From assembly GCA_964016885.1 (NCBI GenBank), contig OZ024741.1, positions 412,486,001 through 412,550,000 on the forward strand: DNA of 64,000 bases. The letters run 5' to 3'. Below are positions 1-12,767 of this stretch, piece after piece. Every line of letters starts with the position of its first letter. The stretch's first letter is position 1. The position numbers and the translations under genes were made by a program. This DNA is from Eledone cirrhosa. Lineage: Eukaryota. The notes under the pieces were generated by a model, which did not search any database, was not told the DNA's origin, and saw only the letters and a list, made by a program, of their open reading frames with translations.

Positions 1-2601
1 CTTGGGTATCCCCTGGCCTACTGTCCCCTCCTTCAGTACAGCTCTGAGCATTGGCTCCTTACTATAGGTCACGTATTTGTATAGGTTGTTTTTCTCCATC
101 TGAACACAGTCCTCTATGCTGATAAGACCTCTTCCACCCTCAGATCTCCTTAGGTAGAGTCTATCGACATCACTCCTCTTGTGGAACATGGTGTAGATAG
201 TCAATAGCTTCCTAGTCTTCCTATCCATTTCTTTTTGTTCAGCAACATTCCATCTCAGAATTCCCGCACTGTACCTAATAATAGACACAGCTCGGGAATT
301 TACTGCGCTTATGGCATTTCTGCTGTTCAGATGTGACTTCAATACGCTCCTTACTCTCCGAATGTATTCAGTTCTTAACAATTCCTTCATTTTTTTGTTC
401 TTTATGCCATCAGCCTCCAGAACGCCCAAATACTTGTATCCTTCCTCAGAGTCAATTTCCTTTATCATCTCACCTGTTGGTATCTGGATCCCGTTACTTC
501 TGCTCAACCTACCCCTCCTCATCACAATGACTCCACATTTACCAATACCAAACTGCATACATATATCACTGCTGAAAATACGGACAGTGTCAACAAGCAC
601 ATCCAACTCCTTCTCACTTTTCCCGAAGAGCTTAAGATCGTCCATGAAGAGGAGGTGATTGATGGTAAGCTCTCCCCTTCCCAACTTGTATCCTGCTCTC
701 ACTTTTCGCAGCATAATGGTCAAGGGCATCAGGGCAAGGACAAACAACAGAGGGGACAGGCTATCTCCCTGGAAGATACCTCTCTTGATCTTCACGCTTC
801 CCAAGGATACTCCAGTTGATGTCAACTCTGTCTCCCAGGACCCCATACTCCTGCCCAGCAACTGTCTGATGTTATCTGCCACCCTGAAGATCTCCAGGCT
901 TTTGGTGATCCAGGAATGAGGCACCATGTCAAATGCCTTTCTGTAGTCTATCCATCCCATGGCAAGATCAGTGTGTCTCCTCCTGCAATTCCCCATTACC
1001 ATCTTATCAATAAGCAACTGGTCCTTTGTACCACGTGACTTCTTTCGGCATCCTTTCTGTTCGTCCGGCAACAAGTTGTTTGTGTGGAGGTGATGGTAGA
1101 TTTCCTCAGACACAATGCTCGTCAACAGTTTCCACATTACGGGCAGACATGTGATAGGTCTATAGTTGGTAACATCATTACCCTTGATTCGGTCTTTCAT
1201 TATCAGAACTGTGGTACCTTTTGTCAACCACTCTGGCACCTCACCCGACACCAAGCAGTCATTGAACATGGCCGTCAGCTTCGGGTGGAGGGATGTTAAA
1301 TGTTTAATCCAATACCCCTGCACACCATCTGGGCCTGGTGATTTCCAGTTGGTTAGTTTTTTGGCTTGCCCCTTAAGAGTTTCAACTGTGATACTCAAAT
1401 CAGTCTGTTGCTGTGCCTGCTCACCGATCTCCCTCTGTACTGTCTCAATCCACCCTGCCTGGGCATTGTGTCTAACATCCTGCTCCCATATTCCTCTCCA
1501 GAATGTTTTAGCTTGTTCCGCCCCAGGGATCAAGTCGGTGCCTCTTTCTTTCCCCTCAAGCTGTCCAAACAGCATCTTCTGGTTGTTGTCGAACATGCGG
1601 TTCTGTTTATACTGACTGACTCTGTTCTCGTATCGCCTGATTTTGGCACTCTTTGCTACAATGCGTTGCTTCAATTCCTCTATGATAATATTTAGCTTTT
1701 TACTCCTAGTTTTGTATTTTATTTCCAGTCTATTTTTAGTGCCTATGTTTTTTAGTGTCCCATTCAGTAGTGACTCAAGCTTTCCTATGTCATTTCTCAT
1801 TTCCCCGATTTGCCCACTCAGTCGCTTCTTCCACCACGGCTCTGCTCTTTCTTGTCTGTTGTTTCCTCTCGCTTTTATACCAAGTAGTTTCCTCACCGTA
1901 TTTGCTGTTGCTTTGAGGATATTGTTGCACTGGTGAAGACTCCTCGCCTCAAGGTATGGGATGACTTTGTTTACCTTAGCTGTTGTTTCTTTTAACTTTT
2001 TCCTGTCTACAAATCTTAGGTTCATAGGTCTCCCACTATCATTGTTCAACTCATCTACCACTAAATTTAGGATGTCAACCGAATCTTGTCCTAGCCCGTC
2101 AGCATTCATCTCCTCAGTGGCCGTATCTCTGTTCCAGGTATTATTTATCTCAGTATTCAGATCATTGTCTGCTTCGGGTGGTTCCTCCGCTCTCAGGACC
2201 TCCTCACCTTCATTTCCCGCCGGCTCGCTTGTCTGGCATACTACACCCGCCATCTCCAAGCCATTCTCTCTGCTCAGTTCCTCCAGTTCCAGCTCGCTTA
2301 TCCACCCATTAGTTCTTATTACCCGAGCCTGCCCGGCCAATTTTTGTTCATCTAATTTAAATAAACCAATCTCGTTCCAGATGTTATGCATCCGTCTCCT
2401 GTAGCCCCTCTCCTTGGGGTTACTTTTCAGGTAGCATTGCATAACAGTTCTATTCAATTCTTTCGTCCAGTTGGTTCTGGCCCCTTTCCTTCTTCTTCTT
2501 CCTCCAACATCAGCAGTATTTCGTTGACAGTCAGGTTCCTGCTGCTGAGCCAGGGGGCACCTGTTGGGTGAGAGTCTGTCACATGACGTTCTAGTCTCCA
2601 T
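1..2601 (-). CDS. Family A RT polyprotein, apparently open from ATG 2601 to the window edge
   Basis: Spot-checked motifs (NWTKEL 2478, PWWKKRL 1839, KSPGPDG 1350, FMDDLK 645, GQGIPK at the edge) are all in one frame. The ORF track shows no stop-terminated minus ORF here, and the lesions of copy A2 are absent. Confidence 0.75.
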   Translation of the reverse strand, partial: METRTSCDRLSPNRCPLAQQQEPDCQRNTADVGGRRRRKGARTNWTKELNRTVMQCYLKSNPKERGYRRRMHNIWNEIGLFKLDEQKLAGQARVIRTNGWISELELEELSRENGLEMAGVVCQTSEPAGNEGEEVLRAEEPPEADNDLNTEINNTWNRDTATEEMNADGLGQDSVDILNLVVDELNNDSGRPMNLRFVDRKKLKETTAKVNKVIPYLEARSLHQCNNILKATANTVRKLLGIKARGNNRQERAEPWWKKRLSGQIGEMRNDIGKLESLLNGTLKNIGTKNRLEIKYKTRSKKLNIIIEELKQRIVAKSAKIRRYENRVSQYKQNRMFDNNQKMLFGQLEGKERGTDLIPGAEQAKTFWRGIWEQDVRHNAQAGWIETVQREIGEQAQQQTDLSITVETLKGQAKKLTNWKSPGPDGVQGYWIKHLTSLHPKLTAMFNDCLVSGEVPEWLTKGTTVLIMKDRIKGNDVTNYRPITCLPVMWKLLTSIVSEEIYHHLHTNNLLPDEQKGCRKKSRGTKDQLLIDKMVMGNCRRRHTDLAMGWIDYRKAFDMVPHSWITKSLEIFRVADNIRQLLGRSMGSWETELTSTGVSLGSVKIKRGIFQGDSLSPLLFVLALMPLTIMLRKVRAGYKLGRGELTINHLLFMDDLKLFGKSEKELDVLVDTVRIFSSDICMQFGIGKCGVIVMRRGRLSRSNGIQIPTGEMIKEIDSEEGYKYLGVLEADGIKNKKMKELLRTEYIRRVRSVLKSHLNSRNAISAVNSRAVSIIRYSAGILRWNVAEQKEMDRKTRKLLTIYTMFHKRSDVDRLYLRRSEGGRGLISIEDCVQMEKNNLYKYVTYSKEPMLRAVLKEGTVGQGIPK

Positions 2602-3170
2602 TTCACCGTTATTCGAACTGTTTATGTTCGATATTTAAACACTCTTATCGAGGATTGGCGAATGTATGTTTACATAGCCATCTGTGGATCCGCCATCCCA
2701 CTTGGCCCTTGTGTGGCATTATCACCACGCTGTATACGGACACACATAAACAAACAAACACACGGGCAGAAAGGGCCCCAAAAATGAATAAGCATAAGTT
2801 TCATTGTAATGTAGTATTCGAATGTCTGACTTAGTTTTTGTTTTTTAAGTTTTACTTTTTCCCCCCTCTTCTCTGTCCGTCCGCCTGCTTCTCTCTTCAT
2901 TCTTATTTTCTTTACGTTTTTGGGGTTTCTTTTTTTGTTTTTGTTTTTCTCTGTTTTTCTCGTTTTTTACTGTTGTTGCTGTGCTGCTTTTGTTGTTTGT
3001 TTTTTCTTTTTTCTTTTGAGTCTATCTATATATTTTGATGCCTTCCTCTTTGTTAGTAGTAGGAATTCTATAATGTGGAAGTGGTAGCCAGCAGAGACTG
3101 GCGGCGTTGGCGATACTGAGACAGTGGTGGTGGTGATGTCGATACCGAGGCAGTGGTGGCGGTGATGCGA

Positions 3171-3810
3171 CCGTATTACTGTAGTGATGGTGCTGTAGCG
3201 GTGGCAGCAGCAGTGAAGGAGTCAGGGGGTGGTGGCGGCGGTGATGGGATAGTGGTGGTAATGATGGCCGTAGTGAGCGGTGGCGGTGAAGGTGAAAATG
3301 CTGTTGTGTTTAGTGTACACAGATGATGGGGTGGGTGGTGTATCTAGTTTCTGGTGTTGGTGAGTTTCGCTGTCCTATATAGTGTAGCCAGAGGAGAGGA
3401 GGGGGGGGGGGTTCTTCTTCTTCCATTTATAGCCATTTTATTTTTTTTTGGATATACAGTGTACAATACAAAGTTGAATATTTGAATATTTGAGCCGTAT
3501 TACTGTAGTGATGGTGCTGTAGCGGTGGCAGCAGCAGTGAAGGAGTCAAGGGGTGGTGGCGGCGGTGATGGGATAGTGGTGGTAATGATGGCCGTAGTGA
3601 GCGGTGGCGGTGAAGGTGAAAATGCTGTTGTGTTTAGTGTACACAGATGATGGGGTGGGTGGTGTATCTAGTTTCTGGTGTTGGTGAGTTTAGCTGTCCT
3701 ATATAGTGTAGCCAGAGGAGAGGAGGGGGGGTTCTTCTTCTTCCATTTATAGCCATTTTTTTTTGGATATACAGTGTACAATACAAAGTTGAATATTTGA
3801 ATATTTGAGC
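3171..3810. repeat. ~325 bp tandem duplication in the A1 leader
   Basis: ccgtattactgtagtgatgg...tttgaatatttgag occurs at 3171-3494 and again from 3495. Confidence 0.9.
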
Positions 3811-3976
3811 CTTATAACAATATATTTTGGGTCCGAATTTTTTGGGGCTCAAGCCGGGTGCTTTACGTAGCATTTGTACTAAGAGTTGTTATTTCACAAA
3901 TGATTTAAATATGTTAAAAATTCAAAACTTACGGGAGCGATTTCATGACCTCCGTCACCTCGTGCGTCTTCTTCCC

Positions 3977-3977
<1 letters not shown>

Positions 3978-4040
<63 letters not shown>

Positions 4041-4048
4041 TGTTATTA
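3978..4048. repeat. (TTA)n microsatellite between A1 and A2
   Basis: Direct reading. Confidence 0.95.
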
Positions 4049-4049
4049 C

Positions 4050-7000
4050 TTTTGAGTCTCAGTCATTGATGTTAGTTAACTGGAAAGTTTTTTGAGATGA
4101 ATATCAAGCCACTACCTGCAGCCTCAGATATTCAGGACGTATCGGAGGGTTCTTGCTGTTCCCAGCAAGCATGCCTTTTGAAGCGTTCCAAAAAGCGTGG
4201 CGGGGCCAATTTGCTTTAACCATCCCTGGAAACCTTTTGAGATAGTCCCTAGTGCGCCTATGACAATCGGGATCACTTTGACTTCATGGCAGTTCCAAAT
4301 CCTTTTTACCTCCCACTTTAAGTCCTGGTATCGGTTAATTTTCTCCCTCTCCTTCTCTTGCACTCTCGTGTCAAATGGGCAGGCCACATCCACAATCAGG
4401 CACGATCTTTTTTCTTTGTCCAAAACCAGCAGGTCAGGTCTATTGTGTTCCAGTTTCATGTCCGCCTGTATCCTAAAATCCCACAGCACCGTCACCTGAT
4501 CGTTTTCTATTACCGCCTCTGGCTTATGCTCATACCACTTCTCAGAATGTGGTAAATTGTTTACTTTGCATAGGTGCTAGTGGATCACCCTGCCCATCGC
4601 ATCATGTCTCCAGCCCTTATAGTGAGTCTGGGCTAGGTGTTTACACTCGGATACAATGTGAGCCACATTCTCCTCTCTCTCTCCACAGTTCCTGCACAGT
4701 GGGCTAGCCTCCTCCTTGTAAATGTGGTGTTTCAACCACATCGTTTTGAGGGCCTGCTCTTGCGCAGCCATTAACATTCTTTCTGTAGCCTGTTTAAGGT
4801 CTCCTCTTTTCAACCAGTTCCATGTCTGTGGATCTCTAAATTCAGTTTTCTCAAAGAAGGTACTATGAAGGGATTTTTCCCGAAGGCTGCTATTTCTCCT
4901 TGATGTTAATTCCTCCTTGGACATCCCCTGGTCTATTGTCCCCTCATTCAGTACAGTTCTAAGCATTGGCTCCTTACTATCAGTCACGTATTTGTGTAGG
5001 TTGTTTTTCTCCATCTGAACACAGTCCTCTATGCTGATAAGACCTCTTCCACCCTCAGATCTCCTTAAGTAGAGTCTATCGACATCACTCCTCTTGTGGA
5101 ACATATTGTAGATAGTCAATAGCTTCCTAGTCTTCCTATCCATTTCTTTTTGTTCAGCAACATTCCATCTCAGAATTCCCGCACTGTACCTAATAATAGA
5201 CACAGCTCTGGAATTTACTGCACTTATGGCATTCCTACTGTTCAGATGTGACTTTAATACGCTCCTTACTCTCCGAATGTATTCAGTTCTTATCAATTCC
5301 TTCATTTTTTTGTTCTTGATGTCATCAGCCTCCAGAACGCCCAAATACTTGTATCCTTCCTCAGAGTCAATTTCTTTTATCATCTCACCTGTTGGTATCT
5401 GGATTCCGTTACTTCTACTCAACTTACCCCTCCTCATCACAATGACTCCACACTTACTAATACCAAATTGCATACATATATCATTGCTGAAAATACGGAC
5501 AGTGTCAACAAGCACATCCAACTCCTTCTCACTCTTCCCGAATAGCTTAAGATCGTCCATGAAGAGGAGGTGATTGATGGTAAGCCCTCCCTTTCCCAAC
5601 CTGTATCCTGCTCTCACTTTTCACAGTACACTGGTCAGGGGCATCAGGGCAAGGACAAACAACAGAGGGGACAGGCTATCTCCCTGGAAGATACCTCTCT
5701 TGATCTTCACGCTTCCCAAGGATTCTCCAGTTGATGTTAACTCTGTTTCCCAGGACTTCATACTTTTGCCCAACAACTGCCTGATGTTATCTGCCACCTT
5801 GAAGATCTCCAGGCTTTTGGTGATCCAAGAATGAGGCACCATGTCAAATGCCTTTTTGTAGTCTATCCATCCCATGGCAAGACCAGTGTGTCTCCTCTTG
5901 CAATTCCTCATTACCATCTTATCAATAAGTAACTGGTCCTTTGTACCACGTGACTTCTTTCGGCATCCTTTCTGTTCGTCCGGTAACAAGTTGTTTGTGT
6001 GGAGGTGATGGTAGATTTCCTCAGACATAATGCTTGTCAACAGTTTCCACATTACGGACAGACATGTGATAGGTCTATAGTTGGTAACATCATTACCCTT
6101 GATTCGGTCTTTCATTATCAGAACTGTGGTACCTTTTGTCAACCACTCTGGTACCTCACCTGACATCAAGCAGTCATTGAACATGGTTGTCAGTTTCGGG
6201 TGGAGGGATGTTATGTTTTCAATCCAATACCCCTGCACACCATCTGGGCCAGGTGATTTCCAGTTGGATAGATTTTTGGCCTGCCCCTTAAGAGTTTCAA
6301 CTGTGATACTCAAATCAGTTTGTTGGCGTGCCTGTTCACTGATCTCCTTCTGTACTGTCTCAATCGACACTGCCTGGTCATTATGTTTAACATCCTGCTC
6401 CCATATTCCTCTCCAGAATGTTTTAGTTTGTTCCGCCTCAGGGATCAAGTCGTTGCCTCTTTCTTTCCCTTCAAGCTGTCCAAACAGCATCTTCTGATTG
6501 TTGTCGAACATGCGGTTCTGTCTATACTGGCTGACTCTGTTCTCGTATCGCCTGATTTTTGCACTCTTTGCTACAATGCGTTGCTTCAGTTCCTCTATGA
6601 TAATATTTAGCTTTTTCCTCCTAGTTTTGTACTTTATTTCCAGTCTATTTTTAGTGTCTATGTTTTTTAGTGTCCCATTCAGTAGGGACTGAAGCTTTCC
6701 AATGTCATTTCTCATTTCCCTGATTTGACCACTCAGTCGTTTCTTCCACCAAGGCTCTGCTCTTTCTTGTCTGTTGTTTCCTCTCGCTTTTATACCAAGT
6801 AGTTTCCTCACCGTATTTTCTGTTGCTTTGAGGATATTGTTGCACTGGTGAAGGCTCCTCGCCTCAAGGTATGGGATGACTTTGTTTACCTTAGCTGTTG
6901 TTTCTTTTAACTTTTTCCTGTCTTAGGTTCATAGGTCTCCCACTATCATTGTTCAATTCATCTACCACTAAGTTTAGGATATCGACCAAATCTTGTCCTA

Positions 7001-9100
7001 GCCCGTCAGCATTCATCACCTCAGTGGCCGTATCTCTGTTCCAAGTATTATTTATCTCAGCATTCAGATCATTGTCTGTTTCGGGTGGTTCCTCTGTTCT
7101 CTCGACCTTTTCACCTTCATTTCCCACTGGCTCGTTTGCCTGGCATACTCCACTCTCCATCTCCAAGCTAATCTCTCTGCCCAGTTCCTCCAGTTCCAGC
7201 TCGCTTATCCACCCATTAGTTCTTATTAGCCGAGCCTGCCCGGCCAGTTTTTTTTCATCTAATTTAAATGGACCAATCTCGTTCCAGATGTTATGCATCC
7301 GTTTCCTATAGCCTTTCCCCTTGGGGTTACTTTTCAGGTAACATTGCATAACAGTTCTATTCAATTCTTTCGTCCAGTTGGTTCTTGTCCCTTTCCTTCT
7401 TCTTCTTCCTCCGACACCAGCAGTATTTGGTTGACAGCCAGGTCCCTGCTGCTGAGCCAGGGAGCACCTGTTGGGTGAGTGTCTGTCACATGACATTCTA
7501 GTCTCCATTTCATCGTTATTCGAACTGTTTAGGTTCGACATTTAAACACTCTTATCGAGGATTGGCGAATGTATGGTTACATAACCACCGGTGAATTACT
7601 TGTCTCCGGTGGTTTCGTCACTCCACGTGACTTTTGTCTGGCATTATCACGCTGTAGACGAACCCAAACAAACAAACAAACAAACAAACAGGCAGAAAAA
7701 ACCCCCAAAATGAATAAGGATAAGTTTCATTGTAATGTAGTGTTTGAATGTCTGACTTAGTTTTCCCCTTCCCTTCTCTGTCCGTCCGTTTGTTTTTCTC
7801 TTTTTTTTTTATTTCCTTTACGTTTTTCGTTGTTGCTGTGCTGCTTTGATTTTTATTTATTTTTATTTATTTTTTTATTTTTATTTTGACCGGGTCATCA
7901 ATTGAGTCTATTTATATATTTTGATGTTTTCCTCTTTTAGTGGGAATTCTACAATGTAGCAGGGGATAGCGGGAGAGAATAGCGGTGGTAGTGATATTGA
8001 GGCCGCAGCGGCGGTGGTGGTGGCGGTGCTGTGCTAGCAGCAACTAGCAGGAGGTAGTGGGAGAGAATAGCGGCGGTAGCGATAGTGAGGCAGCGGTGGT
8101 GGTGATGTGGTCGTATTACTGTAGTGATGGTGTTGAAGTTGGAGTAGAAATTTGAGTCGACTTGACCAGAGCTTTCATCGAGGTAGTGGTGGTGGTATTG
8201 GTGGTGAAATTATCTTTAGTGAAATTATCGTTAGTCGCGTATATGTGTTGACATTTACCGATAATATTGGAATTAAACATTTTGTTAAAACTAAAACTTG
8301 ATTTTGATTATTGTTTTTTTTAATTTTGACCGGGTCATCAATTCAGTCTATTTATATATTTCGATGTTTTCCTCTTTTAGTGAGAATTCTACAATGTAGC
8401 AGGGGGTAGCGGGAGAGAATAGCGGCGGTAGTGATATTGAGGCAGCGGCGGCGGTGGTGGTGGCTGTGCTGTGCCAGCAGCAACTAGCAGGATGTAGTGG
8501 GAGAGAGTAGCGGCGGTAGTGATGATGAGGCAGTGGTGATGATGTGGTCGTATTACTGTAGTGATGGTGTTGAAGTTGGAGTAGAAATTTGAGTCGACTT
8601 GATCAGAGTTTTCATCGTGGTAGTGATGGTGGTATTGGTGGTGAAATTATCTTTAGTGTGAAATTATCGTTAGTCGCGTATATGTGTTGACATTTATCCA
8701 TAATATTGGAATTAAACATTTTGTTAAAACTAAAACTTGAGGCAATAGTAATAGTAATTATTATTATTATGCTGAGATTGGTGGTGGTGGTGGTGAAATT
8801 GCCGTTATCGGGCTGTTGTGTTTAGTGTACACAGAGGGGTGATAGGGTAGGTGGTGTATCTAGTTTCTGATGTTGGTGAAATTGCTGTTATTTGGCTGTT
8901 CTATATAGTGTAGACAGAGGGGGTTTTCTTCCATTTATAACCATTTTCTTTTTGAATATAAAATGTGTAATACAAAATTGAATATTTGAGCGATATAACA
9001 ATATATTGTGGATCCGAAATTTTTGGGACTCAAGCTGGATGTTTTATGCAACATTTGTACTAAGAATTGTTATTTCACAATTGATTTAAATATGTCAAAA
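4050..9100 (-). mobile_element. R4/Dong-type retrotransposon, family A copy A2, near full length, disrupted
   Basis: ORF pieces 7541-6891, 6811-5621, 5617-4577, 4495-4124 with RT, CCHC knuckle (CRNC..H..C), RHD motif and RLE nuclease (NRPDLLV..IVDVACP..EK); both ends on TTA tracts. Confidence 0.92.
7884..8740. repeat. ~440 bp tandem duplication in the A2 leader
   Basis: ttttgaccgggtcatcaatt starts at 7884 and at 8324, with colinear downstream sequence. Confidence 0.9.
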
Positions 9101-9116
9101 AATTATTATTATTATT

Positions 9117-12100
9117 ACAGTTGCATTTATCTTGCTTTATGTTCATACGAGTTATCACCAAGTCACAACCAGTGACCTCAAGAGACAACACGGTCCGCCA
9201 TGTTCAAGAAAGAACATACATATTCACACATGCATCTTTAGTGTTTAGACTTGTGATGTACTTATATTGACAGAATCTTCCTTAGTATATGGGCAGTTCC
9301 CATTAGTACTATCTTTTGTATTTCTCATATACGCGGGTTTCCTGGGATTTGCGATGAGTAATCATTAGACCCCTTAGGTATCATTCCCAGAGCGCCTACA
9401 ACTACTGGTATTGTTTTAGTTCTCAATTTCCACATTTTTCCAATTTCTATCACCAGGTCCTTATACTTGCTCAATTTTTCAAATGTTTTTATAGATACAT
9501 TCTTGTCTATTGGAACAGACATATCAATTAGCAGGCATACCCTCTTTTGAAAGTCTTTCAATATTATATCAGGTCTGTTTGCATCTATTTTTCGGTCTGT
9601 TTGGATGCTAAAGTTCCACAAGATTGAGATGTGATCTTTTTCAAGTATGGGAGGTGGTTGATGCTCCCACCAATTCTTTTGATGGTGTAGGTCAAAATGC
9701 TTACACATTATCCAATGTATGTATTGTGCAGCTCTGTCATGCCTGTTTAGGTATTCGGTTGGAGCTATAGGACTGCACATTGAAATTATATGGTCAATGG
9801 TCTCTGGTTGTTTTTTGCATACACGGCATAATGGGCTGCACCCATTTTTTATTATGTTGGCTTGGTAATTTTTTGTTGGCAGACACTGATCTTGTGCCGA
9901 TATAATCAGTCCTTCAGTCTCCGATTTCAGTCCAGAGGATGCCAACCACTGATGGGTTAAAGTTTTGTCAACATCAGGATTGTTAGCTCGCTCTGGGTAT
10001 TTTCCATACAGAGGCTTTTCTTGCCATTTCTTAGCCAGTTTCTGTAGCAGTTCTTTCTTTGCAGTTACTTTTACCTGCTTTGCTTTTTCTGTGTTTTCCA
10101 TTTCAGCAGTAAATGGGACTTCTGAAATTTGTAGTCCATTACTGTATCTTTGTGCATCTTTTGTAATGGAATATGATCTTTTGATGCTTTCGTGTTTCAA
10201 AACGAGTTTGATCATCCAATCATGTGATTCCCTTAGATATGTAGATAATCCAATTGTTGCAGTTTTCAACGCAATGTCTAACTGGATTAACCCACGTCCT
10301 CCTTCTTTCCTAGGGAGATATATTCTATCTATATCTGCCTTAGGGTGATGCATTCTGTGCATGGTTAAGAATTTTCGAAATTTTGTATCGAGCCTACGGA
10401 TCTCTGTGCTTGACCAGTTGATGACATTGTAACTGTAGGTTTCTACTGGTATGGCAAGCGTGTTTATGGCATCGATCATATTCCTTGCATTCAATTCCGT
10501 TCTTAATATTGCTCTTACTCTGCGGTAACATTCCTTCCTTATCCTTTCCCTCATTGTCGAGTGCTTGATTCCGTCTCCTTCACAAACACCTAGATATTTG
10601 TAAGTTTTTTTCTTGATCAAGTTCTCTTATCACGTTCCCCCGATCAAGATTAATGTCTGAATTCTTCAGCAGCTTTCCTCTGGTGAACGTTGCTTTGGCG
10701 CATTTATCTAGTCCAAACTCTATTTTAATGTCATCACTGAACTGCTTCACAGTGGATAATAGCCCTTGCAATTGTTCATCATTTTTTGCAAATAGTTTCA
10801 GGTCATCCATGTAGAACAGGTGATTAATGGTTTTGTCATAGACTTTATATCCATGTTTTGTTTCATTGAGCATTTTACTTAATGGTATAAGTGCGATGCA
10901 GAATAAAAGCGGTGATAAGGAGTCACCCTGAAAAATTCCACAATTAATATTAACTTCTCCAGCTTCCAGTGATTTTGTTTCACTATTCAAAAGGAGTGTC
11001 GTTTTCCATGTCTTCATACTGAATGACAAAAACCTCCTGACAACGGGGGATATTTTGAAAATCTCTAAACATTTTCAATCCAACTGTGTGGCAAACTATC
11101 GAATGCTTTTTTATAATCTATCCAAGCAATCGATAGATTTTTGTGTCTATTATGACAATCTTCCAGTATCATTTTGTTAACCAGAAGCTGATCCTTACAG
11201 CCATATGAGCCTCGTTTACACCCTTTCTGCTCAATGGGAAATAGGTCATTTGTTATCAGGTGGTCATATGTGTATTCAGTTAGGACTGATGTTAAAATTT
11301 TATACATTGTGGTCAAGCAAGTTATCGGTCTGTAATTTTTGGGATTGTTTGTCTCATCATTCTTCGGAAGCAGGAATGTAATGCCGTTAACTAGCCATGA
11401 AGGTATCTTTTCTGGCTCCTTAACTATTTAATTGTAAAGTTGGGCTAACAGCTCATGAGACTCTGTGAAGGCATTTATCCAAAAGTTTTGTATTTTGTCT
11501 TTTCCTGGGGATTTCCATTTGCTGGTTTTTCTTAGAGCCAAGCGCAACTGTTCAACTGTTATATTTTCCTATGTTTGTTCCTCAAGGTGAGCTGTATCTT
11601 TCATTTGTCTGTCTATCCATGGGGCATGTATGTTATGAACTTTTTCTTCGGCCCAGATCTTTTCCCAGAATTCTTGCACTTCCTCCTTGGGTGGTATTGA
11701 TTTAGCAGTTATTGTTGACTTACCCATTTTTCTGTAGAAGTTTCTTTGGTTGTTTTTGAACATATTATTGTCCTTATAGAATCTAGTTCGTTTTTCAAAG
11801 CCGGGGTGGTGGTGCCGGGGCTTTTTATATTGTTGGTGAGGAAGGGGTGAGCCAGCAGTCCCATAGTTGTTGATGTTGACGTTTGGCCGGTGGCCAGGTC
11901 ACTAAGTCAATCTATTTATATCTTTTGCTAGCCTCTCCCTTGTCTAGTGATACCGCCACCTTCCCCTTTCTCTCTCAAGTTAACAGGGGAATAGTGGTGG
12001 TAGCATTGAAGGAGTGGTGGCGGCGACGATGGGATAGTGGTAGAAATGATGGATGGGGTGGGGTGGTGGCAGCGGTGGCGTTGTGGTTACTGATATGTAG

Positions 12101-12428
12101 TATCTATGAGTTTGTGTTCGTATGTTTAATATATATTTTTATTATATTTTGTGTTGACATATTCCCGTAAAATTGGAATTAAACATTTTTTTAAAATTTG
12201 AGTCAATAATAATAGTAATTCTATAATAGTAATTCTATAATGTGGTAGCAGCAGCCAGCGGGGAGATGTGGGAGACAGTAGCGGCGGTATCGATACTGAG
12301 ACAGTGATGGTGGTGATGTCGATACCGAGGCAGTGGTGGTGGTGATGTGATCGTATTACTGTAGTGATGGTGTTGTAGCGGTGGTAGCAATGAAGGAGTG
12401 GTGGCGGCGGTGATGGGATAGTGGTGGG
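9117..12428 (-). mobile_element. R4/Dong-type retrotransposon, family B copy B1 (internally deleted, leader at 11799-12428)
   Basis: HLFYMDDLKLF, CRVC..H..C, RHD, NRPDIILKD..IDMSVP; the ORF jumps at ~11798 into leader sequence matching ~47690-48070. Confidence 0.88.
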
Positions 12429-12429
12429 A

Positions 12430-12580
12430 TGTCAGCCCTTGTGGCCAATAAAGAAATCATTATTATTATTATTATTGTTCTTTGAGTCTCAGTCATTGAT
12501 GTTAGTTAACTGGAAAGTTTGTTGAAATGAATATCAAGCCACTACCTGCAGCCTCAGATATTCAGGACGTATCGGAGGGT
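12430..12580. mobile_element. Miniature junction: Tx1 3' tail (+), TTA tract, family A 3' tail (-)
   Basis: gtcagcccttgtggccaataaagaaatc-(att)n followed by ctttgagtctcagtcattgatg...atcggagggt, matching 4050-4150. Confidence 0.85.
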
Positions 12581-12590
12581 TATTATTATT

Positions 12591-12767
12591 TGTCAGTATC
12601 GGTAGAGGATTGGACGCCATGCTTTCCAGCATAGTTACGTCCCTTTACGATCTGATTTCATATCCCGCCGGGGTTAACTTTGCCTTTCATCCTTACGGGG
12701 TCGATAAAATAAAGTACCAGTAATGCACTGGGTAATTGCTGGCCTTGTGCCTACAGTAGAAACAATT
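12591..12767 (+). mobile_element. tRNA-derived SINE
   Basis: Degenerate A/B boxes, core gcctttcatccttacggggtcgataaaataaagtaccag, (ATT)n tail; matches the copies at 26827 and 33187. Confidence 0.85.

Larger units (their letters stand above)
1..3977 (-). mobile_element. R4/Dong-type RLE non-LTR retrotransposon, family A copy A1 (3' end off window)
   Basis: Minus-strand RT motifs (KSPGPDG, YRPITC, IFQGDSLSPLLF, HLLFMDDLKLF); closely similar to the copy at 4050-9100; long 5' leader ending at the (TTA)n tract at 3978. Confidence 0.9.

Noticed and set aside
311-2571. Plus-strand ORFs opposite family A, and similar antisense ORFs over Tx1, family B and Helitron coding regions
   Set aside because: Shadows of the real frame on the other strand. 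They recur only because the copies are near-identical, and they carry no recognisable motifs
7575-7650. Hammerhead-like arrangement (hairpin-GAAAC-hairpin) before the A2 start codon
   Set aside because: No CUGANGA box in any permutation, and GAAA is not conserved in A1 or A4. Kept only as a generic structured leader
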